DNA of 52,832 nucleotides from an uncultured Acidobacteriaceae bacterium (GTDB taxonomy: Bacteria > Acidobacteriota > Terriglobia > Terriglobales > Acidobacteriaceae), in contig CAXTPN010000002.1 of NCBI GenBank assembly GCA_964246125.1, positions 1 through 52,832 of the forward strand, read 5' to 3'. Made by a program: the position numbers and the translations under genes. The notes beneath the pieces were generated by a model. That model was not told the origin of the DNA and made no database searches. It worked only from the letters and a program-made list of their open reading frames with translations. This document shows, piece by piece, positions 9,174-18,503 of the stretch (the stretch's first letter is position 1; every line of letters begins with the position of its first letter).

Positions 9174-10106
9174 TTATCTGATCTTTTCAAAGTCACGGTA
9201 TTCGTCGGCATTCCCGCGTGTCACGAGGTCGCAGGGGATGATCTGCTTCTCAGGCTGACCCGTGGATCCGGTCTTCAGGAAACGGTCCGCCTGATCGACC
9301 GCCATGCGCGAGATGACGACAGCCGGCTGCAAGGTCGTGGCCTGCATCTCGCCGGCGCGGATGGCGCTGACGGCATCCGGCGTGCCGTCGAAGCCGGTGA
9401 TGATGATGTGCGGCCGGCCGGAAGATTTGACCGCGGCCGCGGCCCCGAGCGCCATGGTGTCGTTGCCGGCAATGATGCCCACCAGGGCGGTATGCGCCTG
9501 CAGCATCGTCTCGGTTTTCTGGAAGGCCTCCGACTGCGACCAGTTGGCCGATTGCGCGGAGACGAGTTTCAGGCCGGGCATCTTGTCGAGCACCGCATGG
9601 AAGCCGCTGGTGCGGATCTGCGCGTTGGTATCCGATTCGCGGCCGAGTAGCTCGGCATAATCGCCAGTGCCGCTGGTGGCACGGGCAAACTCATCGGCGA
9701 CGATGCGAGCGCCCTGGTTGTTGTCTGCGATGATCTGCGCTTTGGCGACGCCTAAGGTCTGGATCTCGCGATCGATGAGGAAGACCGCAATGCCGGCACG
9801 TGTGGCGCGTCGCACCGCCGAGATGGATGATTCCGAACCCGCGTTGTCGAGGATGATCGCCTTCGCCCCGCTGGCGATGGCGGTGTCGATCAGGTTGTCC
9901 TGCCGGTAGGCATCGTCGTCGTGTGCGTCGACGCGGGTACGATAGCCGAGCTGTTGCGCGCGCATGCTTGCAGCATCCGCTTCGGCCTTGAAGTAAGGAT
10001 TGTCCTGCGATGGGACGATGATGGCGATCAGCGGCTTCGCAAGATCGCTCCGGTGGCATCCGGACAAGGGGAGAGCGGCCAACAGCAGCGCCGGCAGGAG
10101 CTTCAT
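9174..10106 (-). CDS. Sugar ABC transporter substrate-binding lipoprotein (apiose/erythritol/ribose-like subfamily)
   Basis: Lipobox LSGC; PSQDNPYFKAEAD, AIILDNAG, FLIDREI, LLGRESDTNA and ANWSQ..GNDTMALGA, which I recognise from D-apiose-binding proteins. Confidence 0.85.
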   Translation of the reverse strand: MKLLPALLLAALPLSGCHRSDLAKPLIAIIVPSQDNPYFKAEADAASMRAQQLGYRTRVDAHDDDAYRQDNLIDTAIASGAKAIILDNAGSESSISAVRRATRAGIAVFLIDREIQTLGVAKAQIIADNNQGARIVADEFARATSGTGDYAELLGRESDTNAQIRTSGFHAVLDKMPGLKLVSAQSANWSQSEAFQKTETMLQAHTALVGIIAGNDTMALGAAAAVKSSGRPHIIITGFDGTPDAVSAIRAGEMQATTLQPAVVISRMAVDQADRFLKTGSTGQPEKQIIPCDLVTRGNADEYRDFEKIR

Positions 10107-11173
10107 ACGCCGGCCTCGGGTGTGGAGCGCAGCAAGAGCGGCAGGAACTTCGCCTGCAGACGAGACTGGAGCTGATCGATCGCCACCGCGAGTACGATCA
10201 CGACGCCCTTGATGACGATCTGCCAGAACTCAGAGACGCCGAGCATGACCAGGCCATCGGTCAGGACACCGATGACGAAGGCTCCGATGAGCGATCCCGA
10301 GACCGAGCCGCGACCGCCCATCAGCGAGGTGCCGCCAAGCACCACGGCAGCGATGGCGTTGAGCTCGAACGTCTCGCCTGTGGCTGGATGTGCCGCCTCC
10401 AGTTGCGAGGCGATGATCAGGCCGACCAGCGCCGCACACAGCGCGGAGAAGAGGTAGGTGTAGAGCTTCACGCGGGGCACAACGATGCCGGCGAGCCGGG
10501 CTCCACGTTCGTTGCCGCCAATCGCGTAGACATGCCGTCCGAAGGGCGTCTTGGCAGCGACAAAGGCAGCGATGGCGAACAGAGCGAGCATCATCCAAAC
10601 GGGTGTGGGCAGATGAAGCAGGAAGCTCTGGCCGATCGAGGCGAATCCGGGAGAAGTGGCGGCCAGATTGGGGAACGTCTTGCCGTTGGACATCAGCAAC
10701 GCCGTGCCGCGGGCAATGTACAGTGTGCCCAGCGTGGCGATGAACGGGGCCACGCCGGCGCGCGCGACGAGCCAGCCATTGAGCGCACCGATCAGCAGGC
10801 AGACAAGCAGCGTCCCAAGCATCGCGGAGGCAAGACCTGGGTGAGATGTGTGGCCGCCCATGGTGATGCCGCGTGTCAGGATGTACCCCGCTACCATGCC
10901 GCCAAGCCCTGCCACGGATCCGACAGAGAGATCGATGCCTCCGGTCAGGATGACGAACGTCATGCCGATCGCGAGGATCGCATTGATGGCCACGTGCTTG
11001 GACAGGATCGAGAGATTGGCCACTGTAAGGAAGCTGGGAGAGAGCACGGAAAAGACGATCAGCAGCAGCAGTAGAACGAGAATCGCACGGCCGCGCAGCA
11101 GGATCAGCGCCATGCGCGCTCCGCTGCTGGCGAGACGTTCGGAAGAGGAGAGCGTGTTGGAAACCGAGGTCAT
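10103..11173 (-). CDS. Sugar ABC transporter permease (RbsC-like)
   Basis: GMTFVILTGGIDLSVGS, FIATLG, YAIGGNE and ELNAIAAVVLGGTSL motifs; highly hydrophobic. Confidence 0.93.
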   Translation of the reverse strand: MTSVSNTLSSSERLASSGARMALILLRGRAILVLLLLLIVFSVLSPSFLTVANLSILSKHVAINAILAIGMTFVILTGGIDLSVGSVAGLGGMVAGYILTRGITMGGHTSHPGLASAMLGTLLVCLLIGALNGWLVARAGVAPFIATLGTLYIARGTALLMSNGKTFPNLAATSPGFASIGQSFLLHLPTPVWMMLALFAIAAFVAAKTPFGRHVYAIGGNERGARLAGIVVPRVKLYTYLFSALCAALVGLIIASQLEAAHPATGETFELNAIAAVVLGGTSLMGGRGSVSGSLIGAFVIGVLTDGLVMLGVSEFWQIVIKGVVIVLAVAIDQLQSRLQAKFLPLLLRSTPEAGV

Positions 11174-12693
11174 ATCGCGATTCCTGTCGCTGTAACGGTT
11201 GGGCTGGCGGCCGCGAAGAGAGCTTCATCGGTCAGTTGATGGTGCGCAAACTCGGCAGCGACACTGCCCTGGCAGAGCACGAGAGCGCGATCGGCGAGAG
11301 TGCGGGTCTCTTCGATCTCGGACGAGGTAAATACGATGGCGAGCCCGTCTGCGGCAAGCTTGCGCAGAATGCGATAGATCTCCGCTTTGGCACCGGCGTC
11401 GACGCCGCGGGTGGGCTCATCGAGAAGAAGGACCGTTGGATGGCGCATCAGGCAGCGCGCGATCAGCACCTTCTGCTGGTTGCCCCCGGAGAGCGCAGCC
11501 ACCGGGAGTTCGAGATCGCGGGCAGCGATATTCAAACTCGTTGCAAGTTGCTTTACGCGTTCCGTCTCGCGAGCACGCGACAGCATAAAGCCGGTGCTGG
11601 ATGCGAGCGCGACATTCTCGCGAATCGACAGTTCCGGGATGAGGCCATCGCGTTGGCGATCTTCCGGCACCAGCACCACGCCAGCGCGCATCGTATCCCC
11701 GACTGATTTGAGATCGACCCGCTTGCCCCGCACGAGCACAGTGCCGGAGAGCGGCCTGCGACTGCCCGCAAGGGTCTCCATCAGCTCGGTGCGGCCGGCG
11801 CCAAGCAAGCCATAGATGCCCAGTACCTCACCCTTGTGGACGGTGAAGGAGATGTCGTGCAGCGCTGCCTGCGCGGCTTCGCCCCCTGCCGAGGTGCCTA
11901 GGTGCAATCGTTCGACGGTCAGGACCGGTTCGGTGGAGATGGTCGCGCGTGCCGCCATATCGGTTGTGTCGGCGCGGCCGGACATACGCTCGACGATCCA
12001 CTGACGCGTCACCTGTGACCGCGGCGCCTCGCCAACGACACGGCCTGATCGCAGCACGGTGAAGTAGTCCCCGAGGTGCAGCAATTCATGCAGCCGATGG
12101 GAGATGTAAACGATGGACACGCCGGATCGTTTGAGGTCGCCAACCACCTCGAAGAGAGCCTCAGCTTCATTCTTCGAGAGCGCGGAGGTTGGTTCGTCGA
12201 GAATAAGAATCTTCGCTCCGTGCGCGATCGTGCGAGCTACCTCGACCACCTGCCGACAGCCTAAGGACAGCCGCGAGGTCGGCCCGGTGACGCGCATCGG
12301 CATGTGCAGGCGACCGAGCGCAAGCTGGCTGCGGCTGTCTTCGTTTCTGCGATCGACCATGATCCCCGTGGTGAGTTCGCGTCCGGCGAAGATGTTCTCG
12401 CTGATGTCCAGATTCGGCATCAGGCTAAGCTCCTGGTGCACAATGCTGATGCCATGCGCCGCCGCATCGCGCGGGCTGCGCAGCGATATCGCCTGGTGTT
12501 CGAGAACGATGGTGCCTTCATCGCAGGTCTCGACACCCGACAGGATACGCATCAAGGTCGACTTGCCTGCACCATTCTCGCCGATCAGCACATTCACCGC
12601 GCCGCGATAGAGCTTGAAGTCAACGTGATCCAGGGCGACATTGCCTGGATATCGTTTCAAGACGCCCGTAGCCTGCAGGATGATCTCGCTCAT
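11170..12693 (-). CDS. Sugar ABC transporter ATP-binding protein (RbsA-like, two ABC domains)
   Basis: GENGAGKST, LILDEPT, LSGGNQQK, LLLDEPTRGVD. The start at 12693 overlaps the kinase stop (ATGA). Confidence 0.93.
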   Translation of the reverse strand: MSEIILQATGVLKRYPGNVALDHVDFKLYRGAVNVLIGENGAGKSTLMRILSGVETCDEGTIVLEHQAISLRSPRDAAAHGISIVHQELSLMPNLDISENIFAGRELTTGIMVDRRNEDSRSQLALGRLHMPMRVTGPTSRLSLGCRQVVEVARTIAHGAKILILDEPTSALSKNEAEALFEVVGDLKRSGVSIVYISHRLHELLHLGDYFTVLRSGRVVGEAPRSQVTRQWIVERMSGRADTTDMAARATISTEPVLTVERLHLGTSAGGEAAQAALHDISFTVHKGEVLGIYGLLGAGRTELMETLAGSRRPLSGTVLVRGKRVDLKSVGDTMRAGVVLVPEDRQRDGLIPELSIRENVALASSTGFMLSRARETERVKQLATSLNIAARDLELPVAALSGGNQQKVLIARCLMRHPTVLLLDEPTRGVDAGAKAEIYRILRKLAADGLAIVFTSSEIEETRTLADRALVLCQGSVAAEFAHHQLTDEALFAAASPTVTATGIAI

Positions 12694-14162
12694 GCCGCAG
12701 GCCTCTGCAGCCGTGCTTGCTTCACTGCGTGCTGCCAACGCTGGTAGCGACTTGCGGGCGATGCCTGCGGTGTGAAGACTTGTGTCTCCTGCGGCAGCGA
12801 CTGCAGATCGTCAATCTGCTTCCACCAACGGAGCGCCAGACCACCCAGCCACGCGGCACCCAGGGCAGACATATCTTCACAGGCGGAGCGACGTACCGGA
12901 AGCTGCAGCAGGTCGGCCTGGAACTGCATCAGGGAGGCGTTGCGCGTGGCGCCTCCGTCCACATACAGCGCGGGCAACGGCACGCCCGCAGCATCCTGCA
13001 TGGCGTAGAACACATCCGCGACCTGGAAGGCGATGCTTTCGACCGCAGCGCGAGCCATGTGCGCCCTGGTGCTGGTGCGGCTAAGCCCCGTGAGGGTGCC
13101 GCGTGCTCCAGAGTCCCAGTGCGGCGCGCCGAGGCCAACCATCGCCGGCACGAAGTACACTCCTTCGGCATCAGGCACAGACTCTGCAAGCGCGACGGCA
13201 TCGGCGGTGGGATCGGGCAGACCGAGGAATTCGCCCACCCACTGCACGGCAGATCCAGCCATGGTGATATTGCCCTCGAGTGCATATTGCACACCCGCGC
13301 TCGTAGACCAAGCGATGGTGCGCGCAAGATGTTCTTGAGCGCTCGGGATCGCAGGGGTCAGGGTCATCAGCGAAGAGCCTGTGCCGTAGGTGGCCTTCAC
13401 CGTTCCAGGACGATAGCTGCCATGGCCTGCCAACGCGGCATGGGAATCGCCGATGACCGTGACGATCGGAATGCCGGCAAGCTCCGGAATGGCCGAGACC
13501 GTTCCGAACACTCCCGAGGACGGAAGCAAGCGTGGCATCGCTGCGCGCGGCAGCGCAAACAGAGCGAGCAGGTCGTCATCCCAGTCGAGCGATGACAGGT
13601 TCAGGAGCCCGGTGCGCGATGCATTGGAAGGGTCGGTCGCATGAACCGTGCCACTGGTCAGCTTATAGACAAGCCAACTATCCACCGTGCCCAGGCACAA
13701 CTCTCCCGCGGCTGCGAGCACAGGCAACGTGTCCTTCTCCTCTTCGAACAGCCACGCCCACTTGCTGGCGGAGATCAAAGGATCGAGCGGAAGTCCTGTC
13801 TTCTCTCGAATCCTCTCGCCATGGGAGGACAGACGCCTGCAGAGATCCTCGCTGCGCCGGCATTGCCAGCTAACTGCGTTCGCCAGAGGAACACCGAGCC
13901 GCCGGTTCCAGGCGACGGCGGTCTCGCGCTGATTGGAGATGCTGATCCCGTCAATGGCCGATCCAGCGTGCTCGACACATTGCGCGATCACGTCAACGAC
14001 CGAATGCCAAAGCTTCATGGGATCCTGTTCGACGAACCCGGGACGCGGCGTGTGCAGCAACACCGGCGCGACGGCGCGAAAGACCGGCCGCCCATCGCGT
14101 CCGACAAGCAGCGCCTTCGTGTTGGTCGTTCCCTGGTCGATCGCAAGGATGAGGCCCGGCAT
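12690..14162 (-). CDS. FGGY family carbohydrate kinase (glycerol kinase-like; candidate apulose kinase AplK)
   Basis: AIDQGTTNTKA, ISNQRET, SWQCRR, TDPSNASRT, KATYGTGSS, DGGAT. Confidence 0.88.
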   Translation of the reverse strand: MPGLILAIDQGTTNTKALLVGRDGRPVFRAVAPVLLHTPRPGFVEQDPMKLWHSVVDVIAQCVEHAGSAIDGISISNQRETAVAWNRRLGVPLANAVSWQCRRSEDLCRRLSSHGERIREKTGLPLDPLISASKWAWLFEEEKDTLPVLAAAGELCLGTVDSWLVYKLTSGTVHATDPSNASRTGLLNLSSLDWDDDLLALFALPRAAMPRLLPSSGVFGTVSAIPELAGIPIVTVIGDSHAALAGHGSYRPGTVKATYGTGSSLMTLTPAIPSAQEHLARTIAWSTSAGVQYALEGNITMAGSAVQWVGEFLGLPDPTADAVALAESVPDAEGVYFVPAMVGLGAPHWDSGARGTLTGLSRTSTRAHMARAAVESIAFQVADVFYAMQDAAGVPLPALYVDGGATRNASLMQFQADLLQLPVRRSACEDMSALGAAWLGGLALRWWKQIDDLQSLPQETQVFTPQASPASRYQRWQHAVKQARLQRPAA

Positions 14163-14171
14163 CTGTTCTGT

Positions 14172-15161
14172 CTACCTCTTGATCTGCAGAAGATCCAGCG
14201 CGGCATCCACCATACCCTGCGCGTTCAGGTGGAAGTGCTCGAGCAGGAACTCCGCGGAGCCGGTCGGCGCGAAGACATCCGGCAAGCCCAGCATGCGCAT
14301 CGGCGCCGGATGATGCAGAGCCAACACCTCCGCGACCGCGCCGCCCAATCCGCCGGCCTGAAGCGCCTCCTCGGCGGTGACAATCCCGCGTGTCTCGCGT
14401 GCCGCGCGCACAATCGCGTCCGAATCGAGTGGCTTGATGCTGCTCATATTCAGCACGCGTGCCTGAATGCCTTGTTTGGCAAGTATCTTTGCCGCCGAAA
14501 CCGCCCGCGAAGCCAGCACCCCATTGGTGATGATTGTGACGTCGTCGCCCTCATGCAGCAGCGACGCCTTCCCCAGCGTAAAAGTATCCGCTGCTCCGTG
14601 GATGCGCGGAACCGGAATGCGGCTGATCCGGAGGAACATGGGCCCGGTATGCTGCAGCGAATACTCCATCACCTGCTCTGTCTCCTGAGGATCAGCAGGG
14701 ACGATCACCGTGAGGTTGGGGATGATGCGGGTCCAGGCAAGGTCTTCGATGGAATGATGCGTCGGGCCCAGCTCGCCGTAAGCCATGCCCGAGGACATGC
14801 CACACAGCTTCACATTCCATTTCGAATAACCAAGATCGACCTTGATCTGTTCCATCGCGCGCGCCGTTAGAAAACAGGAGGCGCCACACACGTATGGAAC
14901 CATGCCGCCATTGGCGAGCCCCGCGCCGACGCCCACCATATTCTGCTCGGCGATCCCGACGTTGACGAAGCGGTCGGGGAAGAGCCCCTGGAACTTCTTC
15001 AGCTTGGTGGATGAGACCGAGTCATTGACGACTGCGCACACACGCTTATCCATGGCGGCGAGCTTTTCCAGCGTTCCCGAGTATGCGTCACGGCAGTCGA
15101 ACAACTGCGGGACCTCCGGCGCGCCGGTCGCGACACCGCCTTCAACAGGAAGCTTCACCAC
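14172..15161 (-). CDS. Transketolase C-terminal subunit (candidate AptB)
   Basis: NVGIAEQNMVGVGAGLA, GPTHHSIED, IVTAEE. Confidence 0.92.
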   Translation of the reverse strand: MVKLPVEGGVATGAPEVPQLFDCRDAYSGTLEKLAAMDKRVCAVVNDSVSSTKLKKFQGLFPDRFVNVGIAEQNMVGVGAGLANGGMVPYVCGASCFLTARAMEQIKVDLGYSKWNVKLCGMSSGMAYGELGPTHHSIEDLAWTRIIPNLTVIVPADPQETEQVMEYSLQHTGPMFLRISRIPVPRIHGAADTFTLGKASLLHEGDDVTIITNGVLASRAVSAAKILAKQGIQARVLNMSSIKPLDSDAIVRAARETRGIVTAEEALQAGGLGGAVAEVLALHHPAPMRMLGLPDVFAPTGSAEFLLEHFHLNAQGMVDAALDLLQIKR

Positions 15162-15991
15162 GGGACCTCCACGCCAAGCTCTTGTGCGGCGAGCGTGAGC
15201 TGCTCACGAGTGGGCACACCGTGATGCCACGCAGGTTTGTTTTCAGCAAAGCTGACCCCCTTGCCCTTGATCGTGTTGGCAATGATGCAGGTCGGTTTTC
15301 CGGTGGTCAGCGGAATTGCCTTGAACGTCTCAAGCAGTTGCCCATGATCGTGCCCGTCTACCTCTTTCACGACGAAGCCGAACGCCTCCCACTTAGGTGC
15401 GAGTGGGTCCATGCGGATGGTGTTCTCCGTAAAGTCGCCTTGCTGGATGCGGTTGCGATCGACGATGACGACGAGGTTATCGAGATAGTACTGCTGCGCG
15501 GTCATGGCGGCCTCCCAGTTGGAACCCTCCTGCAGCTCGCCGTCGCCGACCAGCACGAAGACCCGCCAGCTCTCACCGCGCATCTTCGCCGCCAACGCTG
15601 CGCCAACCCCAATCGGCAGACCATGTCCAAGCGGCCCCGTGTTCGCCTCCACGCCCGGTAGCTTGTTCCGGTCAGGGTGCCCGTTCAGCATCGACAGCGG
15701 GTCCATGAAGGTCTTGAGCTGCGCCACCGGAAAGAAGCCGCGCATTGCCAACGTGGAATAGAAGGCCCCGGAGCAATGCCCTTTGGACATAATGAAGCGG
15801 TCACGCTGCTCCCAGATCACTTCCTCGGGTTTGACGTTGAGAATACCGCCGAGATACAAAACCGCCAGCAAATCGGAAGATGAAAGATCTCCGCCGGTAT
15901 GCCCCAATTTAGAGTGGTTCGTCATCGTCATCGCACTGATGCGTATGCGATTCGCAAGGTGGTGGAGTTCTGTGGCTACAGTCTCTATCAT
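15155..15991 (-). CDS. Transketolase N-terminal subunit (candidate AptA)
   Basis: GHTGGDLS, RDRFIMSKGH, TGPLGHGL and the ThDP motif GDGELQEGSNWEA..DRN. Confidence 0.93.
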   Translation of the reverse strand: MIETVATELHHLANRIRISAMTMTNHSKLGHTGGDLSSSDLLAVLYLGGILNVKPEEVIWEQRDRFIMSKGHCSGAFYSTLAMRGFFPVAQLKTFMDPLSMLNGHPDRNKLPGVEANTGPLGHGLPIGVGAALAAKMRGESWRVFVLVGDGELQEGSNWEAAMTAQQYYLDNLVVIVDRNRIQQGDFTENTIRMDPLAPKWEAFGFVVKEVDGHDHGQLLETFKAIPLTTGKPTCIIANTIKGKGVSFAENKPAWHHGVPTREQLTLAAQELGVEVPW

Positions 15992-16158
15992 TTGTACTTG
16001 ACCAGGTTTCGTTCTTCGGTGATCCGATTAGCCACGTCAACGAACAGGTATGTAGGTCTTGTGCGCGCCCACATTTATGTGTCCGGCATGCTCTCGACAG
16101 AGCAGCTCATGTGCATTACGGGAGCCGTTCGTGTCTTGAACCTAACAACGGTCCAATA

Positions 16159-16482
16159 CTATAGGCGTAAGGAGCGGAACGTGTACACGCCTTCGGCGCC
16201 CAAGGGTAGATAGCCATGTACGGAAAGCGTTCGAAGAATTCGGTAGGTTGTTGACTTCGACACACCTGTCAGTTCGGCCACCTCGTTAACGTTCAACGGG
16301 CGATCAGAATTCTCAAGAAGTCGCATGATTTTGATCGCATTGGTGAGAACTGGAATGATGTAATTGGGATGAAGATCGGGTCTGCGCACCTGTGCGATGG
16401 CTGTCCTGCCACCAGCACTTGGGATTCCTACACGGTTGGACTGTTTTCGGCAAACTTCGCTGTTGTGGACAACTGTAGCCAT
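16159..16482 (-). CDS. Small stand-alone IclR-type HTH protein (no effector domain)
   Basis: IPVLTNAIKIMRLL..PLNVNEVAELTGVSKSTTYRILRTLSVHGY matches the IclR winged HTH, and the ORF ends directly after it. Start codon uncertain. Confidence 0.7.
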   Translation of the reverse strand: MATVVHNSEVCRKQSNRVGIPSAGGRTAIAQVRRPDLHPNYIIPVLTNAIKIMRLLENSDRPLNVNEVAELTGVSKSTTYRILRTLSVHGYLPLGAEGVYTFRSLRL

Positions 16483-16720
16483 ACTGGTTTCCATCCCGTT
16501 GATTTTGATCTTTTGGTAATCCCAACTAATTAACACATCGCGGGTAGCACTTGTAACGTTTCTCCGTTCTCTCCCCCACGGCGTCCTTCCAGTAGGCTAC
16601 TCGCTGAGGCAATCCCTGCTAGAGCAGAACTTGCATAGGTCGAAACGGAACGAGGAAAATTCACACTCCGCCGTTCAATACATTTGCTCTCACTCAGCCC
16701 TCGTGCCGGTCAGCTCCACA

Positions 16721-16795
16721 TGGCATTGGCCGCCGCATGTGACAGTTTCTGCCACATGCGGGCTAAAGATAAATACATCAGAAGTGGATTGTCAA
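16721..16795 (-). promoter_or_regulatory. Tandem operator (copy 2) with promoter, upstream of the HTH gene and apiose-like operon
   Basis: TGGCA-TTGGC-CGCCG (16721-16735) and TGACA-GTTTC-TGCCA (16740-16754). Minus-strand TTGACA (16795-16790)-N18-TATCTT (16771-16766). Confidence 0.8.
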
Positions 16796-16816
16796 GTAGA
16801 TAGTTCACACCGTGTC

Positions 16817-16860
16817 TAGGCTGAAAGCCTAACCTCTCTAGCCGCACATGATATGCGGCT
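16817..16860 (-). terminator. Two hairpins downstream of the efflux operon (possible terminator)
   Basis: TAGGCT-gaa-AGCCTA and AGCCGCA-catgata-TGCGGCT inverted repeats; no clear U-tract. Confidence 0.4.
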
Positions 16861-16902
16861 TGCATCACAATGGTGCCGCCTCATCGTGCTTCGTCGTTTC
16901 AT

Positions 16903-18501
16903 CTAGTGGGCAGCCGCTGCTGCTTCCGACTCTTTGGCGCTGGGTCGTTTCATGATGAACGGAAGTGGAGTCAGGAGGACCACCAACACCGCAAGCACCC
17001 AGAATGCATTCTTGAACGCCAGGACGCTTGCTTGCAAATCCATCTGACCCGAAATTTGCGCCATCGCTCGATGCGACGCCTCAGTTGCACCCATCCCCGT
17101 TGCACGGTAATTGTGAACTAAGCCATTCAGCTCGCGGAGAAAGAAAGGGTTAGCGCTGTTTGTGTGAGAAGAGAGATTGCCTCTTTGGAGTTGACGCTGT
17201 TGGGCGATGAACGTGCTCAACAAAGAGACGCCGATTGCACCGCCGACGTTTCGCGTAAAGTTGCTGATCCCTGAGACCTGGTTGAACTTTTCACGTGGTA
17301 CACCGACGTAATTCAAGGTACTGATCGGGATGAAGATCAATGGTATCCCGATCACCTGAAAAACCCGAAAAGAAACAAGCGTCTTGAAGTCGATGCCATA
17401 GTAGATGCCAGTCACATGGAACAAGCCGGCAGCAGTGCAAGCGAAGCCAATTGCGATAATGACACGCGGATCAAACTTACTTGCGAGAATGCCGGCGATT
17501 GGCATCATGATCGCCAAGACAATACCTCCGGGCGAGAGCGCGAGCCCAGCGAGGGCCGCTGTATAGCCCAAGTTGTTCTGAAGGAACTGCGGAAGAAGGA
17601 TTGTGCTTCCGTTTAGCACCATGCCAAGCACAAAACTAAAGAAGACAGCCGTTGCAAAGTTGCGATTGCTTAGCAATCGAAGGTTCATGATCGGATCCTT
17701 GTGCCGCAACTCGTTGATCAGCAGCACGAACAGACAGACCACAGCCACCGAAAGGCAGATCAGGATGAGGTTGGAAGATAACCAGTCCTTCTCCTCCCCC
17801 TTGTCCAGTACGTACTGAAGAAGGCCGACACCAACGACGATGAGCCCCATACCTAAAAAGTCCACGCGCGTCGTGGGCCGCCGCATGTTCCTGAGATAAG
17901 CAGGATCGTAGACGAAGCGATGCGTCAGGAAGAGCGACAAAATGCCTATGGGAACGTTTACAAAGAAGATCCAATGCCAGTTGTAGTTGTCGGTAATCCA
18001 GCCACCCAAAGTGGGGCCGATGGCCGGAGCAACGACTACGGCCATACCGTACATAGCAAAAGCCATACCACGCTGTTTAGCGGAGAAAGTGTCGGCAAGA
18101 ATGGCCTGCTCGCTCGGACCGAGGCCTCCGCCGCCCGCGCCCTGCAGAATACGAAAGAAGATCAACATTGGGAGACTGGTCGAGAGTCCACACAGCAAAG
18201 AACTGACCGTAAAGATTGCGACGCACGACATGTAGAAGCGCTTCCGTCCGATGACATTTGATAGCCAGCCGCTCATCGGGAGGACGATCGCAGTGGCAAC
18301 GAGATAGCTCGTGATTACCCAAGTACTCTCATCGGAACTAGCTCCCAACGACCCTGCCATCTTTGGAAGTGCAACGTTGGCTACCGACGAGTCGAGGACC
18401 TCCATGAACGTTGCCAGAGTGACGGTGACGGCAACGATCCAGGGATTGATCGCTCCTCGAGCCTGCGGCACAGCCACCGAGTTCGCTAATGCTTCAGCCA
18501 T
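16903..18501 (-). CDS. DHA2 family MFS efflux permease (EmrB-like)
   Basis: LATFMEVLDSSVANVALP, WVITSYL, FRILQGAGGG, APAIGPTLGGWITDNYNWHWIFFVNVPIG; 14-TM pattern. Confidence 0.93.
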   Translation of the reverse strand: MAEALANSVAVPQARGAINPWIVAVTVTLATFMEVLDSSVANVALPKMAGSLGASSDESTWVITSYLVATAIVLPMSGWLSNVIGRKRFYMSCVAIFTVSSLLCGLSTSLPMLIFFRILQGAGGGGLGPSEQAILADTFSAKQRGMAFAMYGMAVVVAPAIGPTLGGWITDNYNWHWIFFVNVPIGILSLFLTHRFVYDPAYLRNMRRPTTRVDFLGMGLIVVGVGLLQYVLDKGEEKDWLSSNLILICLSVAVVCLFVLLINELRHKDPIMNLRLLSNRNFATAVFFSFVLGMVLNGSTILLPQFLQNNLGYTAALAGLALSPGGIVLAIMMPIAGILASKFDPRVIIAIGFACTAAGLFHVTGIYYGIDFKTLVSFRVFQVIGIPLIFIPISTLNYVGVPREKFNQVSGISNFTRNVGGAIGVSLLSTFIAQQRQLQRGNLSSHTNSANPFFLRELNGLVHNYRATGMGATEASHRAMAQISGQMDLQASVLAFKNAFWVLAVLVVLLTPLPFIMKRPSAKESEAAAAAH

Positions 18502-18503
18502 AC

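Noticed and set aside
10230-14870. Long alternative-frame and antisense ORFs (e.g. 10230-11228, 12717-13595, 13641-14870)
   Set aside because: They overlap well-supported genes in GC-rich DNA and have no recognisable motifs, so they are shadow ORFs.
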